From assembly GCF_964355755.1 (NCBI RefSeq), contig NC_092671.1, positions 23,448,070-23,512,069 of the forward strand: a stretch of DNA of 64,000 nt, given 5' to 3'. The position numbers and the translations under genes are program-made. The notes beneath the pieces are model-generated. The model was not told the DNA's origin, did not search any database, and was given only the letters and a program-made list of their open reading frames with translations. This DNA comes from Antedon mediterranea. Lineage: Eukaryota; Animalia; Echinodermata. Below are positions 1-13,536 of this stretch, one piece after another (positions within the stretch are counted from its first letter, which is position 1; every line of letters starts with the position of its first letter).

Positions 1-1290
1 TAATCTACTTATATCATAACCATCTATAGTGACTTCCATGTTATCAATATTACAATTTGGCCAAGTTTCAGAAAGGCATAGAATATCCACATCATTAATG
101 TGAAGGAAGACTTTATTCCTAAGACATTGAATGTTCAAATGAACGATCTTAAAACCCCTTTTGAGTAAACAATTGTGATCAATATAACTTCCTTCACTAA
201 ATGGGAGTTCTGATAAAGTTGCCTTAAAGAAGCATGAATCACACCACCAAGTGTTAACCTTAAAAGAACTAGGAATTTTGCAACAATTTAGATGAAAATC
301 CAAAGTGCAGTTGCTACATTAAATACTTTGTTTGTGCAGTATAATATTTTTTAGACAGATTCCACATTGACTTACTAGTATGTTATTTCTTTTAACTTAG
401 CTGATATTAATGTGCAGTCCATGTTTTGTAAAGTTACTTGGAGAGCTTAGGTGCGTTGCATGGTCAATAAATTGTTGTTTGTAGACAGTTTTTAGCATCT
501 TATTGGCAATTTTCACTTGTTCGTTAGCCTTTGGATCATCAAAGCGTTGGCACATAGCTGAAATGTAGACATTTCCGGTTATCTTCTGTTCTAGCAAAGT
601 CACGAGTGCATCAACATCATCTTCAAATTTCTCCAGAGAAAAGTTATCCCCACTGCAATCATTCGTTCCAACATGAATAATAGCATCTTTTACCTTCATA
701 TCTGTTTCGTTGAGTTTAGTGCAGACTTTGTTGATCGTTGCTCCTCTCATTCAATTGATTCTTTGGTGTGTACGTCTGAAATAACTGATGTATTAGGGTT
801 ATGTTCACATATAGTCCCTTCTATGGCAAGTCCATCAAAGGGGTTGGACAATTCAATTGACGATTCATCATGGGAGTTTGCTGCATTTGGTTTGACAGAT
901 TGGTAGCACTGTGTTGCGGCACCACAAATTCATTCTCCTTACCTACTAGTTCTTGTTGAAGACTCTTAATTCTGACTTCTTCAGGACAGATGTTCCTTTC
1001 ATGAAGTTCATTAAAGCTGGATGTAAGGTGAACATCATCATCAAGAACATCAAATGAGTTCTTTGTAACAATTTTATCTTCTGTTTGTTTGGTACATAGG
1101 TTGTTAGTTGGTACACATTTCTTTGGTTGTTCAAATTCACATTTGTTAATTATAGCCTGTAGACTGAGAATTTGTTGTTCTAGGGACGAATTTCGTTCAC
1201 TCATGTCTTTGAAGGCTGTACTGAGGTGTACAAAGTTTGAAAGGACATTCTTGTACTCACTCAGCTGCTGCTTTATCTCTATACTATAGA
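1..1290 (-). mobile_element. CR1/L2-clade LINE 5' portion: degenerate ORF1 (coiled-coil + SGNH/GDSL esterase-like) followed by ORF2 start (PHD finger + APE endonuclease N-terminus); runs off the window start
   Basis: ORF 397-750 contains IIHVGTNDC...HGLHIN (SGNH-like ORF1). Manual minus-strand translation of ~390-1 gives CGIC..C..C..H..C..WWCDSC (PHD) then KIVHLNIQCLRNK...DILCLSETW (APE motifs). Stops and frameshifts are present. Confidence 0.8.
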
Positions 1291-1291
1291 T

Positions 1292-1402
1292 CCTATCACA
1301 TTTTGTAATCTGTTAGCTAATACATGGGCTAATATTTTATAATCGACATTAAGAAGAGTAATCGGTCTCCAGTTTTCTAAGTTTTCTCTTTGTCCCTTTT
1401 TA
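1292..1402 (-). mobile_element. L1/Tx1-clade LINE RT fragment, continuing 4076-5030 beyond an insertion
   Basis: Translates KKGQRENLENWRPITLLNVDYKILAHVLANRLQNVIG, which follows on directly from ...TQTRGIINLIY at ~4080. Confidence 0.85.
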
Positions 1403-4075
1403 GGTTATATGCATGATATGCATATAACCTCTTGATTCTGTCAGGATCTTTATTTATTTATTTGTTTATTTATTTATTTATTCTTTCCTTAGCACTATTT
1501 TGTCCATGAATTATCTTGATATCAGTTTCATCTATCTAAGTCAATTTTTCAGAGTATATTCCTTATGGCCAGGAATCGATGTGGTTATGTTTTCAGGGTG
1601 CGCAATCAAACATTACGCGGTCTACGCGCGATTTAACGAAATCAAGTTTGTAATCATATCTTCACAAGCATGAATCACTTTTAAACAAAATTTTGTACTC
1701 ATAAATTTCAGGTCGCATTTCATCATACAGCAATACAATTACGTGCGTAGCGCATATAACGCATGCGTACGCGCGCTTAAAATGTTGAAAGTTGTCAGAA
1801 TTTATTTTCGATGAAATCAGAGTACGTTTCAGGCAATTTTAAGCGTTTAAAAAATTGCCATGAGTGCACAGATTTTTTCACACGCACTGTGCGTCAAACG
1901 TTAATGCGCACTGTTTTTGTCCGATTACTGTTGTATAACCTTTCTTTAATATTTTATTCGTCAAAAGTGACAGGCTACGCACGTGTAAGTTAACAAAATT
2001 GTGAAAATATGCTAAATTTTAAAATTAATATATATCGTTAGAATGCTCGGGAACACCTATTTTTTATTTCATTTTCTTGAAGTGTATGTATCATATGTAT
2101 GATTTATTATGAAATTAGAAGAACAAAAGTTGATTAAGTCATCATTAATGGCATATTAAATTTAACAAAATTAATTCCGACAATCAAACAAATTATAACA
2201 TTTTCTTAGGCCAAAATAACAAACTTAACATTAACTTTCTTCCTTAAGAAGTTCATATATTAAAGTTAAAAGTATATAGTTTGACAGTGCATCATTTTTA
2301 AAAATTTTTAAAGATGTCATAGTAAAACATTATAATTCATTGCGGTATGTAATAATCTATCTGCACCAAAGTGGTTACTGCATAGTAAATACACGGAGGA
2401 ATCTTTCCAAAACTTTTAGTCAGTTGGTGTATGGCTCGGTGGTCTTTGCTCGTGTCTATAGCATTCAAGTACCGAGTTCGAGTCTCACCTTGGGAAACCA
2501 AACGAAATAAGATTTTTTTTATTATCCGTATTGGTTGTTCAATTGTATTTCTTAGTGTATAGATTAGGCCAAATAAAAAAACATACTTGTTAAGCGTCAC
2601 CGCCCGCTCCTGATTATCCAGCCGCCTCTCTTTTTATTTTTATTTTTTTTTTACCGATATACAACGGAAAGTTCAGCGGCCCGGCCCAGCTCCAGAGTAG
2701 GGCTCGAAATTCACGCTAGCAAACTAGGATTTTGCTAGTAGATTCTTCATAATTGCTATTTGAAAATTTCAAAACTAGCAAATGTTTGTTAGGCTAGTGT
2801 AATTTTTGAAAAATACGTACTTTTTAGCTTAGACAACACTAGCCGCCGATCGCTCTATGTCGACAACGGCAATTTGGTGAAAACAATTGTTTCATTTACA
2901 CGCCGCCGATTTACGTCAAGGAAACGCGAATAGCACCGCGAATCATGTAATGTGGTAAACAGCAAGCTTTTTCCCCAACACATTAAATCATGCGCATTTA
3001 GTACGTCGCTGAGGATTACATCATCAGTCAAGTGATTACAGAATACGCGATTATCAATTTAGGGATTTAACGAAATAAATATTTTGCCTACACAGTGGTC
3101 GAAGCGCGTTTTTTTATGGGTTCGTAAATAGGAAACACCCCATACATAATGGACTCTACCAATTTTGTTTACGATGATCTCGAGATCGGCACACCACGAG
3201 GTCCTGTTGGGCGATGGGTTTCCTTATGCCTGGTTTACCTGTGGAATAATTACATACACTTTTTGCATCACAACTTTAAATACTGATTTACACAGCAATT
3301 GGCAAAGGATTCATCAAAGAAGAATGAATACGTTGAATAAAAATTCACTTAAGAAATGCCGTAAGCTGTTTTCAAACTATAAATCAGCCCACTATTTAGT
3401 ATTATGGAGACCAAATCATGCTTCTCGCGATAGGGAATTTCCTGGATAGATGAGTCGAGCGAGAGACGGCGGATGGCCGATGAGTGAGGTGGGGGTAGCA
3501 GCTTGGACGGATTAGTTAGCCTAGGGCCTACAATTTCGCTTGGTGGCAATTAAATTTAATGTTTTAATTACGTCTGGATATAAACAATACAAAACTCAAT
3601 TTTGTCATAAGCAATAATATTTCATACATAGTCAATTTTGTTCTGTTTCGCATTTTAAAAGTTTGACGTTTCGTCCTAAAAAAAGTGGGGCAAAACGTCC
3701 ACCGCGCAAAAATATACCTCTATAAAAAGTAAAAAAAAAAAAAAAAAAAAACCGTCCCCCCGCCCCTGAAAATTTATGAGGGTGTGACGCTTAACAAGTA
3801 TATTTTTTTATTTGGCCTTATACACATGATTTATAATGAAATCTAAATAAAAACACAAATGTGGTTTATGACATTATATATGCAGAAAGATCTTTGATTG
3901 GGTTATGATACCGGCTATTGTATTTGCGTTAGCAAGATCCTATTATCATATATTATAAATAACTAACGATTCTGAGAAAATCAATCAATCAATATATCTT
4001 AAATCAATCAATTATCTTTATTTAAATCAATGCATATAACCTATAATTCGTCATAGTGACGAATTAAATCTAGTT
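1401..4075 (+). mobile_element. Helentron-associated non-autonomous element (HINE/DINE-1-like)
   Basis: 5' subterminal IR taggttatatgcat forms a palindrome at 1401-1430, followed by a (TTTA)n microsatellite at ~1450-1480. The 3' subTIR atgcatataaccta (4030-4043) is followed by stem-loop aattcgtca-tag-tgacgaatt and ctagtt. It sits in a T-run that splits the Tx1 RT. Confidence 0.75.
2566..3819. mobile_element. MITE with ~35-bp terminal inverted repeats, nested in the HINE
   Basis: aggccaaataaaaaaacatacttgttaagcgtcac at 2566 is inverted-matched by gtgacgcttaacaagtatatttttttatttggcct at ~3784-3818. Confidence 0.75.
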
Positions 4076-5030
4076 ATATATTAGGTTTATTATACCTCTT
4101 GTTTGTGTTGTAGATAACTTTCCATTAGTTTAAAGAATCACATAGGATATGTTTTAAATGGTTCCAAAAAGTGCGATAAAATTCTACACTTGGGCCATCA
4201 ATACCTGGACTTTTATTTAATTTCATTTTAAAAATCGTTTTTGTACATTCATCAACAGATAGAAGACCTTCACACTTTTCCTTTTCTTCATCAGATAAAA
4301 TGTTAAAATATGTATTGTTTAGGTATCTATTCAATTTATCTGCAGGTATATCTTTATTAGAATATAGGTTTTTATAGAATATAACTTCTTCTTTCAAAAT
4401 TTCTTCGTTATTTGAAGTATATTTACCATTTCTTTTTAATACAGTGTTAATTTGTTTTCTTTTTCCTTTAGCTTTTTCTAATCCTAAAAAGAATTTGTTA
4501 TTCTTTTCACCTTTTTCGAACCATTCGATTCTAGACCTTTAGAAGGTAGATGTCATCTAACTGTTTTATTTTGTCTGTATTTTCAGAGTAGGAAACATTT
4601 AATTGACCAGTTAGTTCATCAACTTCATTAAGTAAATTATTTTTTTGGGTGTTTCTTTCTTTTTTTTTTCTTTGTACAGTATCTACGAGTAAATTCTTTT
4701 ATTTTAACTTTCAGGAATTCCCATTGAAGGTCTGGACTTAAGTTGTTTTCATTATTTTTAATGATTTCTATTATGTGTATTATATTGTCTACGTATGTAT
4801 CATTTAAGATGCTATTATTTATTTTCCAAATTCCTGGACCTTTCACTTGGTTGGTATTTACGAGTTTAAGTGAGATTGCTTGATGGTCAGAAAATAAGGA
4901 GGGCCTATATCTGTTGAAAGATCACTATATGCATCAGTAGTCTAATATACGAAAAGTATCTTTTCGCCTCCAGGTAAATTGTGTTTTATCACTGTGGCAC
5001 TGTCTCCATATATCAGTTAAGTTGTATAGT
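4076..5030 (-). mobile_element. L1/Tx1-clade LINE ORF2 fragment (endonuclease C-terminus, linker, RT start), degenerate
   Basis: ORFs contain GPGIWKINNSIL, WEFLKVKIKEF and KSPGIDG..VEFYRTFW; a SDHQAI motif lies near 4880. Confidence 0.85.
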
Positions 5031-5989
5031 TATATATATAAATAATATATATGGGTGATCAGACCGGTTTTTCTGTAAACCAGATTTTAATCTGTTTATC
5101 TTGCAAAAGTGAGTTCCATTTCTCAGCTGCTCTTGATGCAAAAAAGTGTCTCCTTATTTCTAAATAATAACAAATTAAAAGAATGACCTTGCATTTTTGT
5201 GAAAGTTAATTTCCTAAATAGTTCCTTTATATGCAATCTATTGTGACTAGCATACCGGCTAATGACCCATCATTTTTCACGGAGAGCGGCCGTGGAAAAA
5301 ATTATTGTAATTTTCCCCTGATATTACATATTTTTTTTGATATTTGTGGTTTTATCAAAATGCTTCTTTCATTAATAATCACTTTGAAATGCAGGACCGT
5401 CTCGTATCAGTCTGTAGCCAAACATAAATACTGTAGCTGACCACTGCGTTCCATTTTTTAAAGTATGTCGGAAGAAGGATGCTTTATGAATGCTGACTGC
5501 CAGTGATCTAAACAATAGGTACGCGGTTGTCTGGCGGTGTACTTAGTATGAATCGGTCATGGCATAGCTTGCTGTAGTGCGGTATTCGCATAAATATATT
5601 TATTTATTTTTCAGCTGAAAATCGGCAATTCATTTGCAACTCTTTCAAATTTACAGACACGTATCGCTCGATGTACACTCATACAGGGAAGAAGTTAATT
5701 AGAATTAGAGTTATTCACGAACGAGTTTACGATTTTTTCAATTAACGAATAACCTTTCGTACTTGGAGGATTTCATAGATGAGGTATTGGGCATGTCAGA
5801 GATGGTTTGCAGTCGGTTAAGGGGGACTTCGCCCAAACCATAAAACCCAGGCCTGAAACAGTGCCTTGCATTTTGGGTAATAACATTTTTGGTCGACGAT
5901 CACCCACTAATTTAAATGGTTATTTTTTAGCACAAATTTAGCAGAAAGGCTTTTTATTTAAAATGTTTTTATTATTATCTATATATTAA

Positions 5990-6300
5990 TATCTATATAT
6001 TAATGCTACAAAATTTTTCGCGTATTTTACGTATCTCCTCCAAAACCACTGAACGGTACGTGTTCACATTTGGCACACTGATGGTTATTGATGGGCCACA
6101 CACGATAGGCTATGTCACTTTCCTGACTTTTAAGGATAAACACTATTAAAAAAGGCAAAAATTAGTAGTAATTAGATATCTCAGCGACCATGTTACGTCA
6201 CTGTATAAACTACGCAACCTCCTCTTTTGTGTACCGCCCTGGCCGGATCTACAAATACCATGTCAGGCCGCTAAAAAAAACAGTCTTTAGTCAACCGTAT
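5990..6300 (+). mobile_element. Probable non-autonomous Helitron 5' portion
   Basis: a|tctatatat start (duplicated), the same start as the Helitrons at 52356 and 53672. No 3' end identified. Confidence 0.4.
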
Positions 6301-6307
6301 CGAATGA

Positions 6308-6810
6308 TCGCGTCGTTGACCAGCGAAAGCAAGAGTAAAAAACATAAGTTTTACGATTTTTATTTGACTTTGTATCATCCAAAAGAATAATTTATTTGAG
6401 TAGTATATATATATACGGCTTTACCACGTTGAAACACCGGTTCTTGTCAGATCACCGAAGTTAAGCAACGTTGGGCCTGGTTAGAGCTTGGATGGGAGAC
6501 CATCTGGGAATAGCGGGTGCTGTATACGGAGCTGGGGTCCCGTTAGGCATTTGAAATCAGCACTGCTGACTCTTATGGCAGCCCCTGCATCTAGTATCTG
6601 CCTCAGACCTCTGGTCAAGGTGGGCACTGGATGAGAGAAGCCCTTGATCAATGTCAGGACCAATGTCAGGACCAATCAAGGTGCTTTAAACTCTCCTGGC
6701 TTTGTTTGTATCAAACCTGTTAGTGGCGGTAATTATAGCTGTTGGTTTCGATTGAATAAAATAAAATTTAAAAAAATAAAAATATACAGAGATCCAGATG
6801 AAACTTTTTA
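6308..6810 (+). mobile_element. Penelope pseudo-LTR fragment interrupted by a SINE
   Basis: 6308-6410 plus 6783-6810 match the pLTR at 14618-14706 and the reverse complement of 13540-13660 (gcgtcgttgaccagcgaaagc...tatacagagatccagatgaa). Confidence 0.75.
6412..6780 (+). mobile_element. 5S rRNA-derived SINE (SINE3-type); 5S-like head at ~6412-6527
   Basis: Head tacggctttaccacgttgaaacaccggttcttgtcagatcaccgaagttaagcaacg...ttggatgggagacc..ctgggaatagcgggtgctgta follows the metazoan 5S consensus with mismatches. There is no oligo-T terminator; a ~230-bp body and A-rich tail follow. Confidence 0.8.
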
Positions 6811-7696
6811 CTAATTTCTACTACTTTTTGCGTTGATTTCAGAGTCCGTAAGTATTATTATTATTCCAATACCTCACGTCTTAATTCGATAACTTATCAA
6901 TTCATATTTTATCAGTAAAATTTCTGAGGCGCACCCTAGATTAATATTTACACAGCACAAAGTCCCGTATCCAGTATTGCTTTCATTTTGTAGCTTACAG
7001 ATATTTCTTTACAATTAAAAAAAAAAAAAAAAACAATTTGTCAGGAGCCGGAAAGAGTGCGCATCTACTTAATCATGCAATACAAATTATTATTAAGGCA
7101 AACAAACGGAGTTACTGGTTGACCACAAGTTAATTACAAAAATAGCATGTAGGTAACAAATATCCCTTACAAAAATATTGCAAAATATCAAAATCAGTGA
7201 AATAAAATGTAAATGAATATACTTCACAATTCGTGTTTCCTTAGAAATGTGTTTTTCATTTCAATTTTTGTACACTTTTTTTATTTTGTCCCTAATGTAT
7301 CAATTAATACACCACGAAAGACACGCAAAATAATATAGTTTGGCATTTTATACTTTTGTTATGTGTTTGCGAGCACATCTAATTCACACAGCACAATTTT
7401 TCTTTAGCATTTTTTATTTTCGTAAGGTCAGAACAGTCAAAAGTAAAGTCTAAAGTTCCATATCCACTATTGCTTAAATTTTTTAGCCTAAATATATTTT
7501 AAAATGAAGGGATAGTGTGTAACAAATCAATGGCCGTAAATACAGTAATTTCAAATTTTATTTGTGATACAATTTGTTTTTATTTTATTAATTTGTCAAA
7601 GTACTTTTATCAGAGTGCGCATGCAAATGACTTTAGGGTACTATTACTGTAGGCTATTTACAGCAAAAATGTCATATACCTTTGATTAAACATTAA

Positions 7697-9412
7697 AGGC
7701 CAGGTGCGGGCAAAAAATTTCTATTGATCAATAGAAATTCCAATAATTATTGATCTATAGTTTCCCCTATGTTTCATAATTTTTGGGATTTTATTTGTGT
7801 TACACGAGCTTGTTGAAAATAAGCACTTATCAGTGGGGGATAGTTCAAATTACACAGTAAAATCTCTATTCTTTTGTACACAAATTTTGTAAATAGAGAG
7901 GCGTTTTAAAAAGCTATGAAAAATAAACGGTGTGGTAAAAAATGTTATCAGATGACTAAATATAGGTAATATAACTTAAATATTACATTTCTGATATTTT
8001 TATTCAACTTCAGATTTTTATTTTCATGCTATAGCAAAAATTATCCACTGTACTGTATATCCACCATCTTTTTTCACCGTCTAGGGAGTCACCAGACATA
8101 ACTACTACTTTCGGTGTACAAGTCGCACCTGTGTATAAGACGCACCCATAACGGAGACTGAAATATTAGTATTTTTTATGTAGTCGATGTATAAGACGCA
8201 CTTATTTCTAGGCCGAAATTTTAGCATTTTACAATCAAAACAATGGTATTTTACATATAAAACAATGAAATTTGAGACATATTTATTGAATCAAATGATA
8301 TAATTTTGTTTGATTGCCTTAATATTACATCGTAATCAGTCTCAACTGAACGTTCAGTGAAAAGGGAAATCCCCATATTTTTTCAGTTACGATGCACTGT
8401 GTGGGTAGGGCTAGCCTATGTCTATTTAAGTAACTTTAATTTCATATTATTTAAATAAATATACCTTCTTATTGTGTGTATGACCATTATATAAAATCAA
8501 TCTAAACGATGTTCAGTTTTTGGGCTGAAAATGAAGCAGGAATATCATGTACGGTATATGAAAATCTTTCCTATGCATGCATGCATTTACAGTAAGGAGA
8601 TCACTAACCATGTGCTCCTCCTTGCCTGGCCCAGCACTGTTGGCCATATACATTATGAGATTAGGGGAAGCTACTTAACGCAATAACAACACGCTCTTTT
8701 AGATATCGCTTGACATACGAACTATCGCCTACATGATTTTAAATTTATTGGATTGTTGACATAGAGATGTAATAAAATAAACCACCTTGATCAAGGGAAA
8801 TAGTTTTTGTGTAATTAAAATTTGACACCACCATAATTAATGGACTCTTCCATAAATATGTTGTGCTGTGATGAATACACACCCGCGAGTTCAGAGAGTA
8901 CTTGGCCTGGATAGAATATCTCATTCAAGTACTGTAAATATTAATTATTACAGTCGGGGATGACAATTTATACCTTAATTAAAAATTCAATAAACTTGTT
9001 ACCACAATGTGGTGATCAACCGTGATTCGACAGGAGTACTAGCTAGGCCTACATTGCAGAGTAGTACACTATTTTTAATAGGCTAGGTTAGGTAGATAGG
9101 CCTCCTAGCTAGCTACTGTACACTGTTAACTAGCTTTTTAAGGGTGCGTGAGGAAGTTACAGTGTATAAGACGCACCCAAAATTTAGAGGTCAAATTTGC
9201 GTGTCAAAAGTGCGTCTTATACACCGAAATATACGGGTACCTAACTACTGAAAAAAAATTATCCTGGTTTTTATGGAAGAATTTTGCCAAATTCTGTATT
9301 TGACCATATTACGGGAAATTGATGTTTTTTCGTCTTGATTTCTGTTACAAATATTTGATTTATGTACAATTAACCAAATATTATATTTAAAATTCATGCC
9401 TGTACCTGAGCT
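7697..9412. mobile_element. Non-autonomous DNA transposon with TTAA flanks (Kolobok-like)
   Basis: ttaa|aggccaggtgcgggca ... tgcctgtacctgagct|ttaa: imperfect TIR with AG/CT termini. Confidence 0.6.
8104..9237. mobile_element. Tc1/pogo-type MITE nested in the TTAA element
   Basis: TIR tttcggtgtacaagtcgcac / gtgcgtcttatacaccgaaa, with internal gtgtataagacgcac repeats. Confidence 0.7.
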
Positions 9413-10419
9413 TTAAACTCTCTTCGTCCACCATTACCACCAAAAAAAAAAGTAACCATATGAAATGATAATTTCAGGAATATGGTGCCCGGATATTACA
9501 CTACTCTAAAAATATCATGGGTGGGCCTACTGTTTTAAAAACTAAGACAATTTTAGCAATATGGTGCCCTGAAATTACACTCTTTAAACATTTCTGGTTG
9601 AGGTAAAACTGATAAATATAAGCCTCAGACTGTGGCTACAAACATTTAAAAATATGGACATCTAGATGCCTGGAAATGGCACTCTGAAAGAACAATTTTT
9701 TTTTCGGGTTGGTCCTTGAGAAAATGACACTCTATATAATAGGCAGGTCCTCAATTCTCCCCTTCTACTTTTGACTCCTCCATCTTTTCTTACAATTTTT
9801 TTAGAGCATACAAAAAAATATTTTTGCAACTCGAGGACCCCTAGCCACCGGTCCTGACCATTGTTGGGGTTAAGGCAAGAACATTTTTAGAATATGAACA
9901 TTTTAGATCAAACTTAATACAATAGATCTGTAGTATGCATTAATATGACAAACTTTACAGTTCTTTAACACATGTGCTATGTAAGCTGGGGATAAGCATG
10001 TTTTAAACATTTAGCGTCACAGTTACTGTGGAAAGGAAACATTTCCTAAATATGTATTTTGCTATTTCACTTCAGAACATGCTACTTCATTATGCAAATC
10101 TTATCAAGATAAAAGGCCCATTCTGGAAAAGGTATTTAGAAAGCAGGGTCTTAGAGGTAGAGTATAATAAATATTGTATTACATATCCAGTGACTCAGTT
10201 ATTTATCCTTCCGCAAAAATAAAATATTTTCTAGAATTTTACAGTTAATAATACATCCAAGTTGCTGAATACAGTAATTGTGCATAACACTGAGATACAG
10301 AACATTTTTTTATTTTTTTTAGTTTTATTTTTATAGTAATAATTTATATTACATTTACATCAAAGATAAAGATAGTTATGATTGATTCATACATGATGAC
10401 ATTACCATTGTTTTTATAG

Positions 10420-10590
10420 TATCAAAATTGGTTTCTTCTGATTGGCGAATTGATTACATTTTAAGTTCCAATGAGTTACTTGAAGTGAATGAACCCTGTG
10501 TGCAGCTTAAGTTGAGTGTTAAAGAATTGGAGGACACAAACACTGAATCATTTATGATTTCTGCAAATAAGCTTCAAATGTTTTTATCTG
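10420..10590 (+). CDS. COMMD4: COMM domain-containing protein 4, penultimate coding exon
   Basis: tttttatag acceptor and G|gtaagt donor. Encodes SKLVSSDWRIDYILSSNELLEVNEPCVQLKL...ISANKLQMFLS, which parallels the COMMD4 COMM domain (WRVDYTLSS..L..V.EP.V.L.L...SADKFQVLL). Upstream exons were not found in the window. Confidence 0.88.
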
Positions 10591-10649
10591 GTAAGTCAAA
10601 AATGCAAAGAAAAATATAGTACTGACTACAAAAACCAATATAAGATAAA

Positions 10650-12050
10650 TAGAGATGAAAACTTTATTGCAATTTATATAACAAAATTTAAATACAATTC
10701 AACAAATTAAGAAAATATATACAAAATTACGAATTATATAAGTTATAAATAAGGCAAACAATCAATATAAATCTAAGTATAAATCTTATTATAAATCTTA
10801 GTACCCGACTGCGCAAGGAAAACCATCTACTAACCATTAAAAATATCGGTGTTAATAATGAAGTTCTTTGATCTATTTGTATTGCACTTTGGTAGAGGAA
10901 ATTCAGTGACTGATCTTAATTTATATGGTATGTGACGCACTTGTGGCAGTAGGTTTTGGAGAATATGACTAGCAATTTTCGGTTTTCGAAAGTATTCCTT
11001 GCACAGTCGGGTACGTCAGTCCTCAAGCAAAGGGATATTTAAAAAATAAAGTGCCTCTTTGTACGAAAACCACGGGAGTATAACTCTAAAAGCCCTTCTC
11101 TGAATAGCATTGATTTTTAAGCGGGTCAAACAAGTAGCCCACACTGGCGCAGCATATTAAACTACAGGCCAGACAATACTACAATAAAAAAAACTTAATT
11201 TGTGAACGCTAAGGCTGGCTTTACGCATTTGCCGTAGGAATTAGAATTAGCCTTCCTACACATGCAATCAATTTTGGCATTCCAAGTCAGGTTAGCACCC
11301 AGGAGTTTTGTTTGATCTACACATTCGATGGGGGTTCCATTTATGATCAATGGGTCAAAATTTTATTTAACCCTCTTGCAGCTAACCCCAAAACAGTTTT
11401 TTAGTTTAGTTCCATAAGATTATCATGCGCAAACGGTGTCAGCAAGTGGCTGGATCCCACTCATACCATCCCTACCAATGCACTCATAGACGGAGGTGTC
11501 GTCCATACATGGCACCGCCGCCATAAGATCATCAGCAAAGACAATAAAGAGAATGGGCCCCAGCCACGAGCCTTGGGGATACCACCATTTACACCCTTCC
11601 ATAAAGTAAAGGCGTTACCTATTTTACACGTTGTTGGTTATGGCAAAGGAAAGCTCTAATCCAAGATTGAAGGTAGAAATCAATTTTTTTCAATAAGTGT
11701 TCCATGATCTATCAGATCGTATTCTTTCCGAAAGTCTAACAGATGTATTCAAACTTCTTGTTTTTTGTCTGTCGCGGAAAAACATTCATTAAAAAATTTT
11801 ATAAGGACATCAACAGGTGGGCCCAAATTTGTTCTCCAGTTAAACTTTCAAAAACAGTCATTGCAGTAGAAGGAAGTGAAATAGGGCGAATATCATTCTC
11901 GATACTACTAGGTGGACTAGATTTTGGGATAGGCACTACATTTGCGCATTTCCAAATATCAGGTATAACCTCTTCCCGGAGACTAGAATTAAAGATAGCA
12001 CATAGAAGAATCCATGGATGAATCATGTCTGGCCTAGGTGCTTTATTGCG
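10650..12050 (-). mobile_element. Degenerate CR1/L2-clade LINE RT region, within the last COMMD4 intron
   Basis: WKCANVVPIPK, IRPISL and GIPQGSWLGPILFIVF motifs, with many stops. Confidence 0.8.
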
Positions 12051-12639
12051 CCGTTCTGCAACCTATGGGTCGTGACCCAATGTTTGGGTCGCTAAATTGT
12101 TTCTGATACTGAAACTTTTTATCAATTATACACTGATCTATAACATGTGAAATGTTCTCAGTTTTGTAGAATCTACAACAATAATTTTGCTCTTTTGGCG
12201 TTCCGTAGAAACCAAAATATTGAACATTGAGTGTGCGAAATGCGAGAAAAACAACGTCTGTAAAATCACCAATTTAATGGATTTATTGTTACTTTTATGT
12301 GATTTTTCTTCATTAAAGTAGGCCTACTAATTCTAAGCTGTGGTATTCAGGATAAAGTTGGTTAAAATACAAGGCAAGTGCAAAAGGAAACTAGCCTAGC
12401 GGGCCTAGCTAGGCCTAGGCTACTTCAATTTCGGTGATTTCCTGCCTTGCAATTTTGAGAAATGATAAAATGATGCCTCGCATTTTTTGATGATGGTAAA
12501 ACGATGCCTCGCATACATTTCTGACTTGCCTCGCATGCCTTCCCTGCCTCGCGTGCCTCGCTGTCTCGCACTTTGTTACTACCCTCACTGACTGGATCTT
12601 GCAAGATATAAGTACAAAAATCGATGTTAATAACTGTGT

Positions 12640-13506
12640 ATGCAATGTGTTAAATATAATGGTACCATATCTAATTACTCTTACTTAAAAGCTGGTGTCC
12701 CAACCAAGTTAGGCCCTTTATGTTTCCAGATCATGATCAACGATGCTGGTTCAAATTCTAAAACTAAGTATCTGAAATATGTTGATGATCTTACTTTTTG
12801 TGAAAATCGTAAGCTCTCATTGCCTGGTTTTTTACAAGATGATCTTAATTCTTTTTTCCGCTAGTGTAATGACAATTGTTTAATGCTTAACCCCAAAAAA
12901 TGTAAAGCCCTAAAGGTGTGTTTCAGTTCTACCTAACCTTCACACGTTGACATACACTTGGGAACTGATAAGCTCCAATGTGTTAATAAAGCCAAGATCC
13001 TGGGAGTTTTTTTTCAAGACAACCTTAAATGGGACTGTCATATTGATTCCATCATCACTAAAGCTTCTAGGAAACTTTTCCTTTTACAATCATTAAAACG
13101 ATTTAACACTGAAGAGCTTAAATTGACCTTTTTGCGGTTATATTAGACCAGTTGTTGAGTATGCTGATGTTGTTTGGCTTTCTGGTTTGACTAGTAGATT
13201 AAGCAATTGTATCGAAAATGTGCAAAAGAGGGCTTGCCATATAATGCTAGGAAACAATTATTTTCTTACTCTGGTGCCCTTGATTTTCTTAAATTAGAGA
13301 CTTTGGCTCAAAGAAGGCTGTAGCATTGTCGCAAGTTCGCTGAGTATCTCCCCAAAATTAAACAAACAGCTGATTTAATCCCACCGACCAGACATATATT
13401 TTTACTATGACATGTATTTTTACACGCAATTTGGCTCTTAGCCACGAGTTGTAATTTTGGTCGATTTTTTATATTTTAAATAAAAGTTAATAATAATAAT
13501 AATAAT
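12640..13506 (+). mobile_element. Degenerate L2/CR1-clade LINE 3' fragment
   Basis: KLGPLCF, KYVDDLT and LGVFFQDNLKWDCH motifs; aataaa and an (AAT)n tail at ~13480-13506. Confidence 0.8.
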
Positions 13507-13536
13507 AGACATTGTTGTCATACATTTAAAACATTA

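Noticed and set aside
5050-5910. Possible MITE with tgggtgatc / gatcaccca ends
   Set aside because: The inverted match is too short and no TSD was confirmed.
6412-6527. Functional 5S rRNA gene
   Set aside because: It has several deviations from consensus, no T-run terminator, and continues into a SINE-like body that interrupts another repeat.
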